Source of the DNA: a virus
Lineage: Duplodnaviria > Caudoviricetes
Reading direction: 5' to 3' (one strand)
Virus record (IMG/VR): IMGVR_UViG_3300042469_000249
Location: 1-55,073 of that record
DNA: 55,073 nucleotides
The notes beneath the pieces were generated by a model that saw nothing but the letters and a program-made list of their open reading frames with translations, made no database searches and had not been told where the DNA came from. The position numbers and the translations under genes were made by a program. Shown here in pieces: positions 52,979-55,073 of this stretch (its first letter is position 1; the number at the start of each line of letters is the position of its first letter).

Positions 52979-55073
52979 AGTGTTGCTGGAGGTGGTTCTT
53001 CTGTTTCCATCTCAACTTCTTCAGTAGCTTCTGGAGTTTCAACTTCCACTTCTTCAGTCTCTTCTTCCTCTGGCTCTTCTTCTTCCATCTCTGGTTGCTC
53101 TGCCTTCATCTTGCCTTTGGTCTTTTGAATCTCAGCGCGAGCTTTAGCCTTTTGAAGCGCAAGTTGAGTGATGCCTTGTTCTTTCCGTTGTTCTGTGCGT
53201 TGAGCGTGACTGATCGAAGCCTTGCCGATTGCGATGTCAGAAAGTTTTTTCTTAGTATCAATCTCAATACCAGATTTAGCAGCGAGATATTGCAGTTTAA
53301 TATCTTCTTCAGAGTTAGGCTGACCAGATTTTTGAGCTTCAGCTTCTGCCATCTGAACATACACTTGTTGAAGTTCATCAGCCATTGCTTGAGCTTCACC
53401 CATGCCCTGCATGAATTGTTTCAAGAAGTCCTGCTTTGATTGATCTCTACTGATATACTCAACGTGTGCCATGATGTGGCCACCCTTGAATTTAACTGAG
53501 CGCACTGCCTTGGAAAGTTCTGCAAGTTCTGGTTGACCCTGCTGCACAGATTGCAAGTTCATCTGCAACTGCATAATCATGTCTTGGAAGTGACCAGTTG
53601 CGTGTTCGATATGTGGATCAGTTGGTAGAACTGGGAAGTTTTGCGGATTAACAAACGCATCTGTCATGCCAGCATTTTCAAATCCAATGATACGAGCTGT
53701 ATCATCAATCTTGCTTGGCTTAGTATTACGATAGCGAGCTACGTTGTCTCGTCCAGAAAGCGCGGCGATTGCGTCTTTAACAGCATTCTCTTGCCCTTCG
53801 TTTGCTGGAGTGATTGCTGTAATCTGCAACAACTTTTCTGCGGTAATCAGTTTGAATGATGGACTGCCTGCCCCATTGATGAGGTTTGAACGGATACTTG
53901 TGATGTTCTTCCAAGCCGCCGCTTCTTTTGGAGTTCCGAGTTCTTCCAAAACTTCATAGAACTTTTTAACAAACTCATATCCATCATCGCTGGACTTTGC
54001 ACTTACAAAGCGTTTGTAGAGTTGCTTGAAGTAAAGGGTTTGGCACTCATTAAATCGACGTATTTGAGTTCCAGATAGTTTTGCTGATTCGGCGGCATCA
54101 AGTTCTGCTTCGCCTTTTGTCCTTTGTTTTCCGCCAGCAGTAGGAGCGTTGATACGATACTGCCCCATGCCCCTATACATATCTCCCATGAAGAACTGCA
54201 TGAAGCTCATGCTTTCTGCCACTGGAAGTTGGAAGCGGTTCTGGATGAACTTAGCTCCATCTGGCATTACGCTAATAGGTAGCCACTCCATTTGCTTGAG
54301 CATCTTAGTTGAGTCTGGCCCTTGTCCCTCGATCATCAGCATGGAGTTGAGTCGCACCGCATCAACCAATGAGTTCATCGTAAAGTCATACTGGCGGCAA
54401 GCAACGAACGCCGATTCAGCTTGGCTCTTGATGTCTTGAAAGAGTCCACTACCTACCGAGTCGGTGAGCATATACAAAATCTCATCCCAAGAATCATAGA
54501 GTCCAATCTTGAGCATCATAAACCCATGCTGAGTTCTGATGTCATCTTCACTGATCTTACCTGCTCCCTTTACATTGGAGTTAATGTAATCAGCGATTGG
54601 TTGATAGTCTTGAAGGATAATTGCTTTACTAATCTTACCATCAAACTCTCTCCAGTAAACTTCGTAGAGGTCGATCTTTTGGTTTACTGACAATGACCAG
54701 TTAAATCCTGACTCACTGATCGTGCGGAAGAAATCTTCGCGGGTCTTTCTATGATTTGTAAAAGCGCGGTGGAAACGGATAGCGTCAATAGCTGCATCCA
54801 CATTCCATCCCATCGCTTCTGCTGCGGCACGATTCTCAATCTTTTTATAGAGTTCGTATGGAGTCAAACGGACACGCCGGACAAACTCCTCAAGGTTTGA
54901 AAAGTCGATCCTAATGTCGTCTGGAAAGAGAAGGTCGGATAGGAAGACGTGTTCTGGCATCCATCCAAGTGGACTATCCCACATTCCAATTCCCTTTCCA
55001 TACAATAGCATTTCCTCAAGGTCTTGTTCTGCATTGTAGAGGTATCCGGGCCATTCACGCAAGGCTTGGTCAA
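52975..55073 (-). CDS. Portal protein, second allele (5' truncated by the window end)
   Basis: Near-identical protein to 763-3255. Confidence 0.75.
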   Translation of the reverse strand, partial: DQALREWPGYLYNAEQDLEEMLLYGKGIGMWDSPLGWMPEHVFLSDLLFPDDIRIDFSNLEEFVRRVRLTPYELYKKIENRAAAEAMGWNVDAAIDAIRFHRAFTNHRKTREDFFRTISESGFNWSLSVNQKIDLYEVYWREFDGKISKAIILQDYQPIADYINSNVKGAGKISEDDIRTQHGFMMLKIGLYDSWDEILYMLTDSVGSGLFQDIKSQAESAFVACRQYDFTMNSLVDAVRLNSMLMIEGQGPDSTKMLKQMEWLPISVMPDGAKFIQNRFQLPVAESMSFMQFFMGDMYRGMGQYRINAPTAGGKQRTKGEAELDAAESAKLSGTQIRRFNECQTLYFKQLYKRFVSAKSSDDGYEFVKKFYEVLEELGTPKEAAAWKNITSIRSNLINGAGSPSFKLITAEKLLQITAITPANEGQENAVKDAIAALSGRDNVARYRNTKPSKIDDTARIIGFENAGMTDAFVNPQNFPVLPTDPHIEHATGHFQDMIMQLQMNLQSVQQGQPELAELSKAVRSVKFKGGHIMAHVEYISRDQSKQDFLKQFMQGMGEAQAMADELQQVYVQMAEAEAQKSGQPNSEEDIKLQYLAAKSGIEIDTKKKLSDIAIGKASISHAQRTEQRKEQGITQLALQKAKARAEIQKTKGKMKAEQPEMEEEEPEEEETEEVEVETPEATEEVEMETEEPPPATL

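Larger units (their letters stand above)
52036..55073. repeat. Imperfect terminal duplication, copy 2 (homologous to 1-2873)
   Basis: Alignable along its length with substitutions and in-frame indels. Confidence 0.95.

Noticed and set aside
1-55073. Alternative genetic code or integrated prophage with host flanks
   Set aside because: Standard code gives intact, tightly packed genes; no host genes, att site or integrase seen

Overview
The window is essentially one complete tailed-phage genome (Caudoviricetes, podovirus-type gene set, unit length about 52.0-52.2 kb). Bases 1-2873 recur as a diverged copy at 52036-55073, which looks like a circular overlap assembled from two related strains. 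The minus strand carries the virion module: portal, scaffold, a freestanding HNH, a Cys-rich major capsid protein, decoration/fibre proteins, lysis genes, two beta-helix tailspikes, nozzle/adaptor and three ejection proteins. The large terminase is inverted relative to that module. There is also a lambda-O-like initiator with internal iterons plus DnaB, a resolvase, a cluster of tiny Lys-rich proteins, dCMP deaminase, a 1-kb non-coding putative terminus/early region, an SF2 helicase, SSB and a PD-(D/E)xK exonuclease. I found no integrase, DNA/RNA polymerase, tRNA or CRISPR array. The most striking unexplained signal is a palindrome, TATCG-KWWM-CGATA, with 17 exact copies spread through genes and intergenic gaps. 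Alongside it is a rich non-coding RNA layer: a ~490-nt structured RNA with its own promoter, two attenuator-like leaders, an sRNA antisense to an early gene's start codon, a multi-branch RNA between convergent genes, a structured capsid leader and repeated T-loop-like hairpins. All protein calls rest on motifs and synteny read by eye, not on database searches.
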